64,000 bases of DNA from Promethearchaeota archaeon. GTDB taxonomy: Archaea > Asgardarchaeota > Thorarchaeia > Thorarchaeales > Thorarchaeaceae. The translations under genes and the position numbers were made by a program. Every line of letters begins with the position of its first letter. The first letter of the stretch is position 1. Where the stretch lies: positions 1-64,000 of the forward strand of contig WJMJ01000123.1 in the NCBI GenBank assembly GCA_014728035.1, in the 5' to 3' direction. The notes beneath the pieces were generated by a model that made no database searches, was not told the origin of the DNA, and saw only the letters and a list, made by a program, of their open reading frames with translations. This document shows, in pieces, positions 29,709 through 40,147 of this stretch.

Positions 29709-30869
29709 TTGACAATTCAACGACTGGCGATTGCTGTAGACGCCTTAGAAAATGGGCGATTTAAGGAAGCTGTGACAATCCTTGAAGAGCTGGTCGAAAC
29801 AACTGCGGATGATCCTGATATCCTGATGTATCTTGGTATTGCTTATGTACAAAATGAACAACCAGAAGATGCACTAGACATTCTAGAAAAGGCAAAGGAC
29901 CTTGTAGAAGACCATTGTGTACTCTATTTGTTTTTGGGAAGGGCTCAGAAAGCAGTTGGGCATCTTGAAGATGCTGAACATACTCTTCGTAAAGCAATCG
30001 AGCTTGATTCTCTACAACCTGAAGCATGGGAGGACCTTGCTGGAGTATTATATGCACGCGGCAAATATGCAGAGTCTATAGCATGTATCGAAGATGCATT
30101 AGTTTACTTTCCTGAAGCGATTTCACTGAGAGCGCTAAATGCAATGGCTTACAATAGACTCGGTGACAGAACTGGTGCTCTCTGTGAGTGGGAGTATATC
30201 CATGAGTTAGCCCCCGATTCCAAGATGGGTCTTATCAACTACGCGTACACCCTTCTAATGCTTCAAAAACCACAAGATGCAGCTCCTTTTGTTCGCAAAG
30301 CAATTGAAGTTGCCCCATCAGATCATAAATCTTGGGTACTATCTACTGAATTGGCAATGCAACAAGAAAAATACAATCTTGCATTCGACAACGTTCAGAA
30401 AGCTCTTGAATTAAATAGTAAATGTACTCATGTTTTAGGACGTTATACCGTTATCAAGAACGAACTTGGAATGTCAGATTATAGTGAAACATTAGCTGAA
30501 TTTGAGAAACAAATAGCTGATCAATCCCAAAGATGGCGTGGGCTATACTATGTTTACAAACATCTTGGTATGACCGATGAAGCTATAAAATCCCTACAAG
30601 ATGGTACTAAGGAAGATTGTGATGCAGCTGCGCCATGGATAGCTTTAGCTCATGAATACGCACAAATGGGAATGGATGAAGAATCCTTGGAAGCTTGGAA
30701 AGTATCTATTCGTCTTCGAAATTATATCAAAGTTCATTGTGATGCGTGTGATAAAGACATGCGAATTCCAGCTAAAACTAGTGGTGGCAAAATTAGAATC
30801 CCAGATATTATCAAATGTAATGGGTGTGGCGAACACATTCCTCTTCCTCAAGGGCTTTCATGTTTCTAA
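29709..30869 (+). CDS. TPR protein with C-terminal zinc ribbon
   Basis: Multiple TPRs; CDAC...CNGC. Confidence 0.85.
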   Translation: MTIQRLAIAVDALENGRFKEAVTILEELVETTADDPDILMYLGIAYVQNEQPEDALDILEKAKDLVEDHCVLYLFLGRAQKAVGHLEDAEHTLRKAIELDSLQPEAWEDLAGVLYARGKYAESIACIEDALVYFPEAISLRALNAMAYNRLGDRTGALCEWEYIHELAPDSKMGLINYAYTLLMLQKPQDAAPFVRKAIEVAPSDHKSWVLSTELAMQQEKYNLAFDNVQKALELNSKCTHVLGRYTVIKNELGMSDYSETLAEFEKQIADQSQRWRGLYYVYKHLGMTDEAIKSLQDGTKEDCDAAAPWIALAHEYAQMGMDEESLEAWKVSIRLRNYIKVHCDACDKDMRIPAKTSGGKIRIPDIIKCNGCGEHIPLPQGLSCF

Positions 30870-30885
30870 TGAAGCGGTGAATTGT

Positions 30886-31344
30886 GTGAATGATAGAAGA
30901 TATCCGAATTTTCCAATTCCAGGAGTTGCAGGAATCGTTGTAAGTCGGAGTGGTATTCTCCTACTCAGACGTGATAAGAATCCTGGTAAAGGATTGTGGA
31001 CTTTCCCAGGTGGTGGAGTAGAGGTAGGAGAAACACAAAAGGAAGCTCTCCGACGAGAGATTAAAGAAGAGGCTGGTATTGATGCCGAAATCCTTGACTT
31101 CTTTACAACTTTTGATATTATAATAGAAGATGGTAGTGGTAAGGTCCTATATCATTTTCTTCTTAATCATTATTTTGCCCGAGCATTATCTGAAGAAGTA
31201 CGTCCTGAATTTCCTGATGGAGAAGTTAATTGGTTTCATTTAGATTCTTTACCAGAGGATGAAATGCCATCTAAAGTTGTTGGATTGTTATATGAAGCAG
31301 AAGTCCAAATTTCGCAGATTATCCATGAATATTTTGCGCAATAA
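30886..31344 (+). CDS. Nudix hydrolase
   Basis: PGGGVEVGETQKEALRREIKEEAG; GTG start after GCGGTGA. Confidence 0.9.
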   Translation: MNDRRYPNFPIPGVAGIVVSRSGILLLRRDKNPGKGLWTFPGGGVEVGETQKEALRREIKEEAGIDAEILDFFTTFDIIIEDGSGKVLYHFLLNHYFARALSEEVRPEFPDGEVNWFHLDSLPEDEMPSKVVGLLYEAEVQISQIIHEYFAQ

Positions 31345-31442
31345 AACTATGAACTGTTAATCCATAGAGCCAAGAGATATAAAAGGTATCTTGAATATCA
31401 TTGATAAAGAGCTACCTACTATATTGTGAGGAAGTACAAAAA

Positions 31443-31901
31443 ATGTTTAGAACAATAATAGCGCTCTTGGTTTGTCTAGTTACTGCAATAGTTATTGGAG
31501 TATTCCAGATTGTTGATGCAACCACACAAGAAATCATTCAGGGCATCACTGGTGGAGCTGCAATAGATTTTGCTAAAGATGCTGGTGCGGTCCTCTTTGG
31601 TGGATTGATTTTTCCATATACATTAGCTCTTAATGGAGGATATGCAGCCATCGCAGCACTTGGTGTTGCTGGCTTCATTGCAGGACTACTTTCAAAGAGT
31701 GGTGTCCGTATGCTGTTTGTATCAATAATTGCACTTGCTTTATTCTTTGTTGGATATGCAGTGCTGACAGCTGGTGCATCTTTAACACAAGAGCAACTGA
31801 CCAATTTGGCTAGTAATATGGTAATAGACCTTGGAGTATCCTTTGGTCTACTCTTCATACCTGGTGTAATTGGCGCATCTCTAACCGCAGAGGAATACTG
31901 A
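31443..31901 (+). CDS. Hypothetical membrane protein
   Basis: 4-5 Gly/Ala-rich TM helices. Confidence 0.75.
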   Translation: MFRTIIALLVCLVTAIVIGVFQIVDATTQEIIQGITGGAAIDFAKDAGAVLFGGLIFPYTLALNGGYAAIAALGVAGFIAGLLSKSGVRMLFVSIIALALFFVGYAVLTAGASLTQEQLTNLASNMVIDLGVSFGLLFIPGVIGASLTAEEY

Positions 31902-31939
31902 TAATAGATTTGGGGACTTTTGTTCCCCTCCCTGTTTTT

Positions 31940-33445
31940 TTATTTTACAGTTCTTCTAATTTCTACACTTACCAGTTCTAGAAATTCGTCAAGATAATCT
32001 TCATGTACGAATGCACCCGCAGCCATGGGATGGCCTCCTGCTTCTGCAACCTTTTCTTCTGCACTCTCATTTACCAATGTAGATGCTGTCGAAAACACTT
32101 CTTTGAGATTGAGACCACGTTTAACAAGACTCTTTTTCGCTCGGCCTGATATTTTCACTCGTGGGCCGTCATCAGAAGTGTTTGTACTAACTCCGATTAC
32201 TGGTTTATCTACTGGTATAATTCGAGAACCTTGTGCCATACCAATGATGATACCAATAATTGTATCAGGAGTTTCTGGATCGTTCACTATATACATACTC
32301 TCAGTTTCATCATATCCATCAGTTTCAAGTCTACGTAAAGCACTAGCCAGGTTTGCTCTATGTTGTTGGAGTAGAGTTATTCCTTCTCTAAGTGCGTCAA
32401 CATCCCCGAGACAGATTTTCACTCCAACGTCTGCTCTTCTATTTCTCCCACATGCATTCAGAAGTGTGGAAAATTCCTTAGCGCTTCTCATTTCTGTTCT
32501 TTCGGGTCTTCTTGGAAGTGTGATAATATTTCCCACAATACCCGAGGCGATTCTTGGATTTTCATAGAATTGTAAAATATGACTGACTAAAGCTTGGATA
32601 ATTTGTTGTTTCTCTTCTTGACATAAATCCATCCAAATTCTCCATCTATCCAAGTCATCTTTCAATGGTATAGAAAGGTCATTATAGAATTTATAACACG
32701 CATCTCGGTCACCTGTGATTCCTGGTAAATATGGGTCAGTTGCATACTCCAGTAGCTGAGGTAGAGGGCGTGTGTTAATCCCAAAAAAGGTAAGATCTTT
32801 ATCTACTCTGATGAATCCACTATATTCCCCAATTTTGATGATTTCCTCATTTACTCCGACGAATCCTTTTCCATAGTATGCTTGAAGGTCTCCAGATGCA
32901 CCTACAATGGCTAATTCTGAAAGATCCGCATTTTCCGTGGATAAACTATATGCTAAAAGGAAAGAAACTCCTGCTCCAGATACATCATAGCTACCACTCA
33001 AATCATGATTGGATGGGTTGATTTCAAGAATTTTGTTAGACTTAAAAGGGCCTTTCGTCAAGCTTGGATTTTTGGGGGGTAAATGATGGTCTAGAATTAT
33101 TATGTGTCTGATATATGGTTCATTTTCCAAGTATTCTTTGATCAGCTGAATCTGCCCAGTTCCTAAGTCACTGAAAATCATAAGGTCTGGTTTATGTTCT
33201 CTTGCCAAGTCTCTGACTTCAAAAATCGTATCAGAATTAAGCTGATGGATGTTTTGCCATGTGGGTGAATGACCCGCTCTCTCAAGCAGAAAAACCACAA
33301 TTGCCATAGCTGTTATTCCATCAGCATCAATATGTGAAATTGCCATTGGCTTTTTGCTAGTTTTAATAATCTCTACAGCTTTGTTCAGGGCTTCTTTCAT
33401 ACTATCTGGAATAGAGTCCAAGCTAATTTCCATATTCAAGCACAA
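31940..33445 (-). CDS. Archaeal RecJ/Cdc45-like DHH nuclease (GAN type)
   Basis: HIDADG, SDLG, DHH, G..TRPL insert, EFSTLLNACGR, GGHPMAAG. Confidence 0.88.
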   Translation of the reverse strand: MCLNMEISLDSIPDSMKEALNKAVEIIKTSKKPMAISHIDADGITAMAIVVFLLERAGHSPTWQNIHQLNSDTIFEVRDLAREHKPDLMIFSDLGTGQIQLIKEYLENEPYIRHIIILDHHLPPKNPSLTKGPFKSNKILEINPSNHDLSGSYDVSGAGVSFLLAYSLSTENADLSELAIVGASGDLQAYYGKGFVGVNEEIIKIGEYSGFIRVDKDLTFFGINTRPLPQLLEYATDPYLPGITGDRDACYKFYNDLSIPLKDDLDRWRIWMDLCQEEKQQIIQALVSHILQFYENPRIASGIVGNIITLPRRPERTEMRSAKEFSTLLNACGRNRRADVGVKICLGDVDALREGITLLQQHRANLASALRRLETDGYDETESMYIVNDPETPDTIIGIIIGMAQGSRIIPVDKPVIGVSTNTSDDGPRVKISGRAKKSLVKRGLNLKEVFSTASTLVNESAEEKVAEAGGHPMAAGAFVHEDYLDEFLELVSVEIRRTVK

Positions 33446-33639
33446 GTAGTTACCTGATTGTATGGAATATAAAATGAGTCCTCGTTCTTAATGAGTATTG
33501 TTTTGATCTCCAGCTAGTGCAAATCTAGATATTGCCAGAAAGTGAACAATACACCATTTCATTGTTCTTCTGTTATAATCACTCAAAGATGTGGAATGAA
33601 ATCTTGTAGTTCAGACCACAAGAAATCATTTCCGATAAA

Positions 33640-34164
33640 CTAGCGTAGTTTGCCTACTTCTTTGTGCCACTCTTTGAGGTCATCTCTTAGCTTTCTCAAG
33701 TCAGTTGGACTAATCGTATCAACTCGACCATATGTCTTGAGAATTCTACCCCATCTGTTCATTTTTAGAACTAGTTGACCAGTACCACCTCTTTGTTCGA
33801 TGGTATCTGCTGCTTCACTAATCTTAACAGCGAGATCACTAGCAATTACTCCCTCTCGAATTTGTGATTCTAGATTTTCAAGTACTGCTTGTAGTGAAGA
33901 TACAGCTCTTTTGTCAGCGAGACCTCCACCAGGTGTAGTTGATCCCGTGGGAGCTGCGACTGAGAGATTAGAAATCTTCTTCATTACCTCATCGATCTTT
34001 TCACCGTTTGCAGCAACTGCTAATGCTAAATCAGAAGTAGCGGTTTCGACTTCTGTAATTTTTGCAATTATCTCGATCATTCGATTGAGTAGGTCGGTCA
34101 TTCTATCGATTGAACCTTTTATTTCTGTAAGCTTTGCCCGCAGATAGGTGTCTTCTTCTGTCAT
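33640..34164 (-). CDS. Coiled-coil protein with Vps28 C-terminal-like four-helix bundle
   Basis: N-terminal heptads, G/T/P linker; C-terminal W..IL......D.I....LR.L..DL spacing matches the Vps28 CTD as recalled. Confidence 0.5.
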   Translation of the reverse strand: MTEEDTYLRAKLTEIKGSIDRMTDLLNRMIEIIAKITEVETATSDLALAVAANGEKIDEVMKKISNLSVAAPTGSTTPGGGLADKRAVSSLQAVLENLESQIREGVIASDLAVKISEAADTIEQRGGTGQLVLKMNRWGRILKTYGRVDTISPTDLRKLRDDLKEWHKEVGKLR

Positions 34165-34357
34165 TATTATCCCCTTAGTTCACGCAGGCTTGTTTGCCTT
34201 GTGGATATAATATGAGCTGTTATTGCTTCTGCAAAATTAACCTTTCTGTGTCATGCTTATTGTACTCATTTTTGATTAAGGTCACATCCTAAAGCTATTA
34301 TATTCTGTATCTCAACAATTAATCGGGAGAGAAGCCATAGAGAGAGGAAAAAATCAC

Positions 34358-34705
34358 ATGTATTGCATTAACTTTCAAGAACGGGATGAGCAGGAGGTCA
34401 ATTTTCCGGGTGCAAAAAATGTAACCGTGAGATGGCTTGTCGGACGTCGGTCTGGTGCAAAAACCTATGCCATGCGGATGTTCACTATATCCCCTGGTGG
34501 CATTATCCCAATTCATACCCATCCTGAAGAGCATGAAATTTTCGTCTTGGAAGGCAGTGCAAAATTACTTGGTGATTTTGAAGGACCTGCCAAAAAAGAT
34601 GATGTCATATTCGTACCTTCAGAGGCATCACATGGGTATGATAATACAGAAGGAACAGAATCTTTTCGGTTTATTTGTGTTATTCCACTACTTAATAACG
34701 ACTAG
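34358..34705 (+). CDS. Cupin domain protein
   Basis: PIHTHPEEHE, GDD-like/VP...HG motifs. Confidence 0.88.
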   Translation: MYCINFQERDEQEVNFPGAKNVTVRWLVGRRSGAKTYAMRMFTISPGGIIPIHTHPEEHEIFVLEGSAKLLGDFEGPAKKDDVIFVPSEASHGYDNTEGTESFRFICVIPLLNND

Positions 34706-34740
34706 TCAATTTCATATATCATGAGCTGATTAGACCTACT

Positions 34741-35556
34741 ATGGCAGACTATTCTCTAGAAGATAAGACTCTCTGGCTGTTTGATGTCGACAATACTCTA
34801 ATTCTTGATGTTGACCATCCTACAGTGTTTTCTGATGCTCTAAATCTTTGGAACCGATTGCTAGAACTTGAAAAAACAAACGCAATACTGACCAATGTAG
34901 GAAGACTCTCTTCGAGACAGATCTATAATGCGGTTAGTGGTGCAGGCTATTCAGTAGATTTGGACAAAACATTCAGTGCAGGAGCAGCTGCAGCTGCCTA
35001 TATTGCGAATCAGCAAACTGGAGCTCGTTGTTTTGTTATTGGTGAAGGAGGAGCACAGGAAGACTTTATCGTCAAGGGATTAGATGTGACGAATAATCCT
35101 CCAGTAGATTTTGTAGCTATTGGTGCTGATCGAGGAATGACCTTTGCAGAATTGAACTTTGCAACCAAGATGGTCAAAGATGGTGCGGGTCTGATATGTA
35201 TCAGTGGAAGTCGCGACTATCCGGGAATCTATCTAGGATCTGAGGATGTCTATATTGGAGAGCGTTCTATTGTTGCAGCGATTGAGGATGCCACTGGGGT
35301 TGAGGCTGTTATTGTCGGGAAACCCCTCCCCGAAATATTTCATGCAACAGTGGAACTACTAGGTTTCTCAATAACAGATTCTGTGATGGTTGGAGATAAT
35401 CCCCAATCAGACATTGCTGGAGGTCGTGCTGCAGGAATGATGACTATTCTCGTTGACCGAGGAAAAGAAAACATTGTTCCCTTCGATTCGGGAGACCTAG
35501 ATAAAACACCTCATATGCATGTGAAGTCTCTAGATGAGATTGTCAAGCTTTTTTAG
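34741..35556 (+). CDS. HAD-IIA (NagD-like) hydrolase
   Basis: FDVDNTL, LTN, GKP, MVGDNPQSDI. Confidence 0.88.
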   Translation: MADYSLEDKTLWLFDVDNTLILDVDHPTVFSDALNLWNRLLELEKTNAILTNVGRLSSRQIYNAVSGAGYSVDLDKTFSAGAAAAAYIANQQTGARCFVIGEGGAQEDFIVKGLDVTNNPPVDFVAIGADRGMTFAELNFATKMVKDGAGLICISGSRDYPGIYLGSEDVYIGERSIVAAIEDATGVEAVIVGKPLPEIFHATVELLGFSITDSVMVGDNPQSDIAGGRAAGMMTILVDRGKENIVPFDSGDLDKTPHMHVKSLDEIVKLF

Positions 35557-35600
35557 ACTATCCTCTCTAATGAAGTAATTATCGCGTTGGTGGAGTAACT

Positions 35601-36506
35601 ATGCCGCAAGTCACCATTGAATACACCGTTTCGGGAAACCATGAAACACGTGAGGTTGATTGTAGTTCAAAGGAAATACGGTTGCATCTTATGCAGGCTG
35701 AAAGTGTGAATCTCTCAGATATATCACGATGTACAGAATTAACCAAGTTTCTTCTCAATAACACACATGCCGAAGAGATTGATTTCTCACCTCTATCGCA
35801 GTGTCATGAGTTAGAATCGATTCATCTTGATAATAATCAGTTTCGTAGTATTGATCTCTCCTTTCTGGAGAGTTGTCCTAAATTACGTTCTCTCTATCTT
35901 CAGAATGCTTTGCTTAAAACCATCGACTTGACTCCACTATCCACTTGTGATAGATTGGAGGTTCTTACTCTCCATTGTGATGCTCTCCAATCTCTCGATC
36001 TAAGTCCTCTTCAAAATTGTAGATCCCTGAAACACTTGTATATCTTTAGTGATGTTATGACCAAGGTCAACCTGAATCCTCTCTCTGTTAGTATTGAATT
36101 AGAATCCCTAACACTGATGGGTTCCGAGCTTCAGGATTTTACTCTTGAATTCCTTAGTCTGTGCCCCAAGATGAAGGAGTTGGCAATCATCAATGCCCCT
36201 ATCACCTTTCTTGATCTAGCTGATTTGAAGACCTGCAGGGAACTGGAACGAATCTGGATACAGGGTACAGAGATTTACGAGATAGACCTCACACTCCTTT
36301 CTCAATCAAGTCAAACGATGAGGGGTATTTGGTTGAACGGTAACGAGCTAAAGCGTGTGGATATTTCCTCACTCTTTTCATGTCCAAATCTTGAGATCAT
36401 CGAATTGGATGAGGACACTATTCCTATTGCTCCACATCATCTTGGTGGAACTAGTATTTTATCAAAGGGAATTCAAGAGATACTTGACAGAATCGAGTGG
36501 TACTGA
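35601..36506 (+). CDS. Leucine-rich repeat protein
   Basis: About 23-aa repeats IDL.PL..C..L..L.L. Confidence 0.9.
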   Translation: MPQVTIEYTVSGNHETREVDCSSKEIRLHLMQAESVNLSDISRCTELTKFLLNNTHAEEIDFSPLSQCHELESIHLDNNQFRSIDLSFLESCPKLRSLYLQNALLKTIDLTPLSTCDRLEVLTLHCDALQSLDLSPLQNCRSLKHLYIFSDVMTKVNLNPLSVSIELESLTLMGSELQDFTLEFLSLCPKMKELAIINAPITFLDLADLKTCRELERIWIQGTEIYEIDLTLLSQSSQTMRGIWLNGNELKRVDISSLFSCPNLEIIELDEDTIPIAPHHLGGTSILSKGIQEILDRIEWY

Positions 36507-36539
36507 TTTGACGGATTTTCACATCGGAGTGACGAAACA

Positions 36540-37220
36540 ATGGACAATCCTTCTATCATCTTTGATGTCGAATATGCGCCTTTGAGCATCGGGGTTCTTG
36601 CTCTGGATGCTGTTTCCGTGTCTAAATCAACATCTGAGTTCGAAGTCTATGAACAACAGGTATTCCAAGAGATACGAAATCGAACCACTCTAGATGAACT
36701 CCGTGATGATGAAATATTTCGGTCTTACAGAGACCTCTATTGGACTCATGGTATGGATCCTACGAAACTTCGAGTTTCCAGCGAGGCTTTGGTCCGTCGT
36801 ATTGTAAATGGTCACAATCTCTGGCGAGTATCCAATCTTGTAGATACTGCTAATCTTGCATCAGCATACCATTCTCTTCCCGTTGGGCTCATTGATACTA
36901 GCTCTCTTTCTGGAGACCTACAGGTACGAATAGCTAGAAAAGATGAAGTATTCGAACGTATTGGTGGGAAGAAGATTACGTGTCGAGGACGGGAGATTGT
37001 TCTTGCTGATGATGAGAAGATAGTATGTTTTGGTTTTGCCACTCATGACTCTCATCCAACAAGAGTCACTATGGATAGTACTAATGTTCTGTTGTTGATC
37101 TATGGCGCGCCTCTTGTATCAAGGGAGCAGATGAACTCAGCTATGAAAATCACTCAAGATATGATCAATAAATGGATAGACTGTACTATTTCTTCATCCG
37201 ACGTATTCACGACAGAATAA
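36540..37220 (+). CDS. Stand-alone B3/B4 domain protein
   Basis: DPTK.R.SSEAL.RR, VD..NL.S, EIVLADD. Confidence 0.85.
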   Translation: MDNPSIIFDVEYAPLSIGVLALDAVSVSKSTSEFEVYEQQVFQEIRNRTTLDELRDDEIFRSYRDLYWTHGMDPTKLRVSSEALVRRIVNGHNLWRVSNLVDTANLASAYHSLPVGLIDTSSLSGDLQVRIARKDEVFERIGGKKITCRGREIVLADDEKIVCFGFATHDSHPTRVTMDSTNVLLLIYGAPLVSREQMNSAMKITQDMINKWIDCTISSSDVFTTE

Positions 37221-37260
37221 AAGGGAGAGTAGTGCCCGTTTAGTACGAGCACATGCTTTC

Positions 37261-39219
37261 TTAGAATTCCAGGAATGGTTCGCCCAGCGCTATCCTTTCA
37301 AGGAAGGAGTTCTTCTTTGCTGTCTTGACCAGCTGTTCGAAACGTTTCTTGAGGCGTTTCTCGTCCACATATTCAGGTTCTTTGATTCCCATGCTTTTGA
37401 TAACCTCTACAAGAACATGCTCGAAATCGTAGACGATATACATTCTCTTTTTGCCCTTTTTATCCTCTTGCTTCTCCTTTCTAGCTAGCCCTTGTTTGAG
37501 AGCTTCTCTGGTTTCTTTTAGGTAGAAGGACATTGCTTTTTCATAGATGAACTTTCCACGTTTCACCAGTTCTTTGAGGAAGGGTAATCCAAAGGTTGTG
37601 TTTGCAATCTTCTCGATTCTCGCAATAAACGCATTGATGAGATCGTCATATGAGAGTTCACCTGCTCTTCCTTTAGTTTCGAAGACCTTTTCCTCATCCT
37701 TTGCCTTGGCAAACTTAGCCTTTTTAGCTGCAAGTTCCTTCTCTCTGGCCTTTCGTTCAGCTTCTTCCTTCTTTCGTTTCTCTTCCTCTTTTTTGCGACG
37801 TTCTTCCTCCTTCTTCTTTGCCTCCGCCGCTTTTCGTCTTTCTTCAGCTCGTTTCTTCTTAGCCTCTTCTTCTTTCTTCTCCCGTTTGAGTCGTTCTTTC
37901 TCCATCTCTTTAAGCAGTTTTTCCTGCTCCTTTCTCAGGTTCTTCATGTGTTTCTGAACGTCTTTCTCAGTAAGAGTGATATGATTCGTGAGAAGCCATC
38001 GTACACCAATATGGTTCACTTTTGGCTTGAGATCCGCTGATGAGAAGATGAAACTCGCCGTCTGTTGTCCTGGTAACATATCAATGATCTCTTCAGATTC
38101 CTTCTCACCGGCAATTGGTTCTAGGATTCGTTCTAAAACCTTCAATGATTGGTCTGAGCTGATTCTACCCGATGCAATAGTGTTGAATTGTTCAAAGGCC
38201 TTGTAGTCAATGTCTTTCGGACTCTGAGTTGCAATAAGACATTCAACTCCATATTTTCGAGCTTGTCTAAAGAGAAGTAGGAATGTTTCTTTAGGGCCTG
38301 GAGCTTTCATACCTGCTGGGATAAATGGTGCAGCTTCATCTTGGAAGAGTATCATCCTTGGATCTTCTTGGTATCCCTGTTTCAGCATCCATGAATAGAG
38401 TTGGTTCAAGACAATCGAAATGAAGAAATGCTTCTCTTCTTCGCTTCGAAGGGTCTTTAGAAAGATGACATTGATAGGAGTCTTTCCGTGAACCGGTTGT
38501 GTTAACTCATCAAAATCAATCTGCCCTTCTTCTTTGAAAAGTAGTTGTGATGAACCAACAGTGAGGGTTCGAATCCTGGTTGCTAAAGTTTGACGTTCAG
38601 ATTCCTTCATGAATGGCTCTAAATCTACACCTATCTCTTCTACGGGTGCAACGAGCATATTTGCAAGGTCTCCAAGACCACCAAGATCTTGTTCATTTTC
38701 CCATATGTTTCTGAGAAGCTCATAGATTACCGCAAACGATTTTGCTTCCCATGAACGAGAGAGACCACCTACTTTCATGAGTACTTTTGTCAGTGTACGT
38801 GCAGAATTATCCATCAATCTTACAATATCATCTGCGTCTGCATTCTTATCTGGCAATTTTAGTGGATTGATTGAGATTGCTAATCCTTTGCTACTTGCTG
38901 GGGTATATACTCGTACCACAACTTTATCCATATATTCCTTGAGTCTTTCTGGAGGAACTCCTTTCTCTTTCAGTTCTTTGGGGTCTCCAGGTAGCATTAA
39001 TGAAGCAATATCTCCTTGAGGGTCAAATGCAATAATTGGAATTCCCTTTAGTGCTGCTTCTTCTAGAATCACCTTACTTAGTACCGTCTTACCCGACCCC
39101 GTCGATCCAAATACGCCTCCATGACGTCTGAGTAGGTCTTGACTAATCTCGAATTTTTTGTCAGTTCGCTTACCTTTATCATCTAAATGGAAACCGAGCC
39201 AGAGCTTTTCATCAGCCAT
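37261..39219 (-). CDS. HerA/FtsK/VirB4-superfamily ATPase (DUF87-like) with long charged helix and C-terminal domain
   Basis: RH.GVFGSTGSGKT, FDPQGD, LFQDEAA, RQARKYG..LIATQSP; about 80-aa E/K/R segment. Confidence 0.85.
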   Translation of the reverse strand: MADEKLWLGFHLDDKGKRTDKKFEISQDLLRRHGGVFGSTGSGKTVLSKVILEEAALKGIPIIAFDPQGDIASLMLPGDPKELKEKGVPPERLKEYMDKVVVRVYTPASSKGLAISINPLKLPDKNADADDIVRLMDNSARTLTKVLMKVGGLSRSWEAKSFAVIYELLRNIWENEQDLGGLGDLANMLVAPVEEIGVDLEPFMKESERQTLATRIRTLTVGSSQLLFKEEGQIDFDELTQPVHGKTPINVIFLKTLRSEEEKHFFISIVLNQLYSWMLKQGYQEDPRMILFQDEAAPFIPAGMKAPGPKETFLLLFRQARKYGVECLIATQSPKDIDYKAFEQFNTIASGRISSDQSLKVLERILEPIAGEKESEEIIDMLPGQQTASFIFSSADLKPKVNHIGVRWLLTNHITLTEKDVQKHMKNLRKEQEKLLKEMEKERLKREKKEEEAKKKRAEERRKAAEAKKKEEERRKKEEEKRKKEEAERKAREKELAAKKAKFAKAKDEEKVFETKGRAGELSYDDLINAFIARIEKIANTTFGLPFLKELVKRGKFIYEKAMSFYLKETREALKQGLARKEKQEDKKGKKRMYIVYDFEHVLVEVIKSMGIKEPEYVDEKRLKKRFEQLVKTAKKNSFLERIALGEPFLEF

Positions 39220-39309
39220 TTAATTATCCATCCTTTTTCTACGCGATAAATTATCAGTTGTCTGAAGATATCAAATACAGAGGTGTTTATGTTATTTGCC
39301 CTGATATTC

Positions 39310-39341
39310 AAAAAAGAAAGAAAAATCCCCCGAGGGGGATT
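39310..39341 (-). terminator. GC hairpin plus T-tract
   Basis: AATCCCCC-GA-GGGGGATT preceded by an A-tract on the + strand. Confidence 0.55.
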
Positions 39342-39371
39342 GATGGAACTGTTCCAACAATTAATCTAGTT

Positions 39372-39986
39372 TTACTCGCCTACTGGCTCGTATCTTCGAC
39401 CTAGGAATATGACAATCATCATTGTGATGACGACTGAAACAATTCCCATAATTCCTGCTGCAAGCTCGTATGAATAGCTCTCATAAATAATATCGAGTCC
39501 TAACTTCAGACCTGCAAGGACTGCTCCTAAGAGCAGAGAAACAAGCATGAATCGTGCTGTCATCTCCTTTACTTGACCTGTGTCGCCACCTTCCGTGATT
39601 GCTGCAGAGAAGAATACGAAGATGAACAGAAATACAAATGCAATCATCATCATTGATGCAATATTGTACATCCATTCTTGATAGAGTAATCCTTCGTCAA
39701 GGATACCAAACATTAGGAATGTACCTATTGTTGTCAGAAAGACAAACATGTTGGCGACTAGCTTATCTTCCGGATGTACAAAGCCAGTCATTTCAGTAAA
39801 CGTTGTAATTATGCTCATTATAATTACAATCGTTAAAATTCCAGCTGCACCAATCCATGTGTAAAATGGATAGGGTGTACCCGTTTCACCCAGGGCCTGA
39901 AGAAGGTACTTGAGTACCGCTGAAAACCCTAGAATTGCTAATCCTATTCCTGCGAGAATGTTGCTAATGGTAGTAAGTCTGACCAT
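39372..39986 (-). CDS. Hypothetical 6-TM membrane protein
   Basis: Six hydrophobic segments; SD GGGGAG. Confidence 0.78.
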   Translation of the reverse strand: MVRLTTISNILAGIGLAILGFSAVLKYLLQALGETGTPYPFYTWIGAAGILTIVIIMSIITTFTEMTGFVHPEDKLVANMFVFLTTIGTFLMFGILDEGLLYQEWMYNIASMMMIAFVFLFIFVFFSAAITEGGDTGQVKEMTARFMLVSLLLGAVLAGLKLGLDIIYESYSYELAAGIMGIVSVVITMMIVIFLGRRYEPVGE

Positions 39987-40147
39987 GGTTGTATCTCCCC
40001 GTGTAATGGGATACTACTAATGGAGAGTTTATTGTTTCTATTAACTGTTATTACTGAATAGTTTCGATTTCAAGGTTATCCACTATTTTTCCGAAACAGT
40101 CATTTACATCTACAAATAACAAAAAACAACTTAGTTAGAATGGAAGG

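Noticed and set aside
30652-30885. N-terminal extension of the Nudix ORF
   Set aside because: Overlaps the TPR gene; an SD-supported GTG start exists at 30886.
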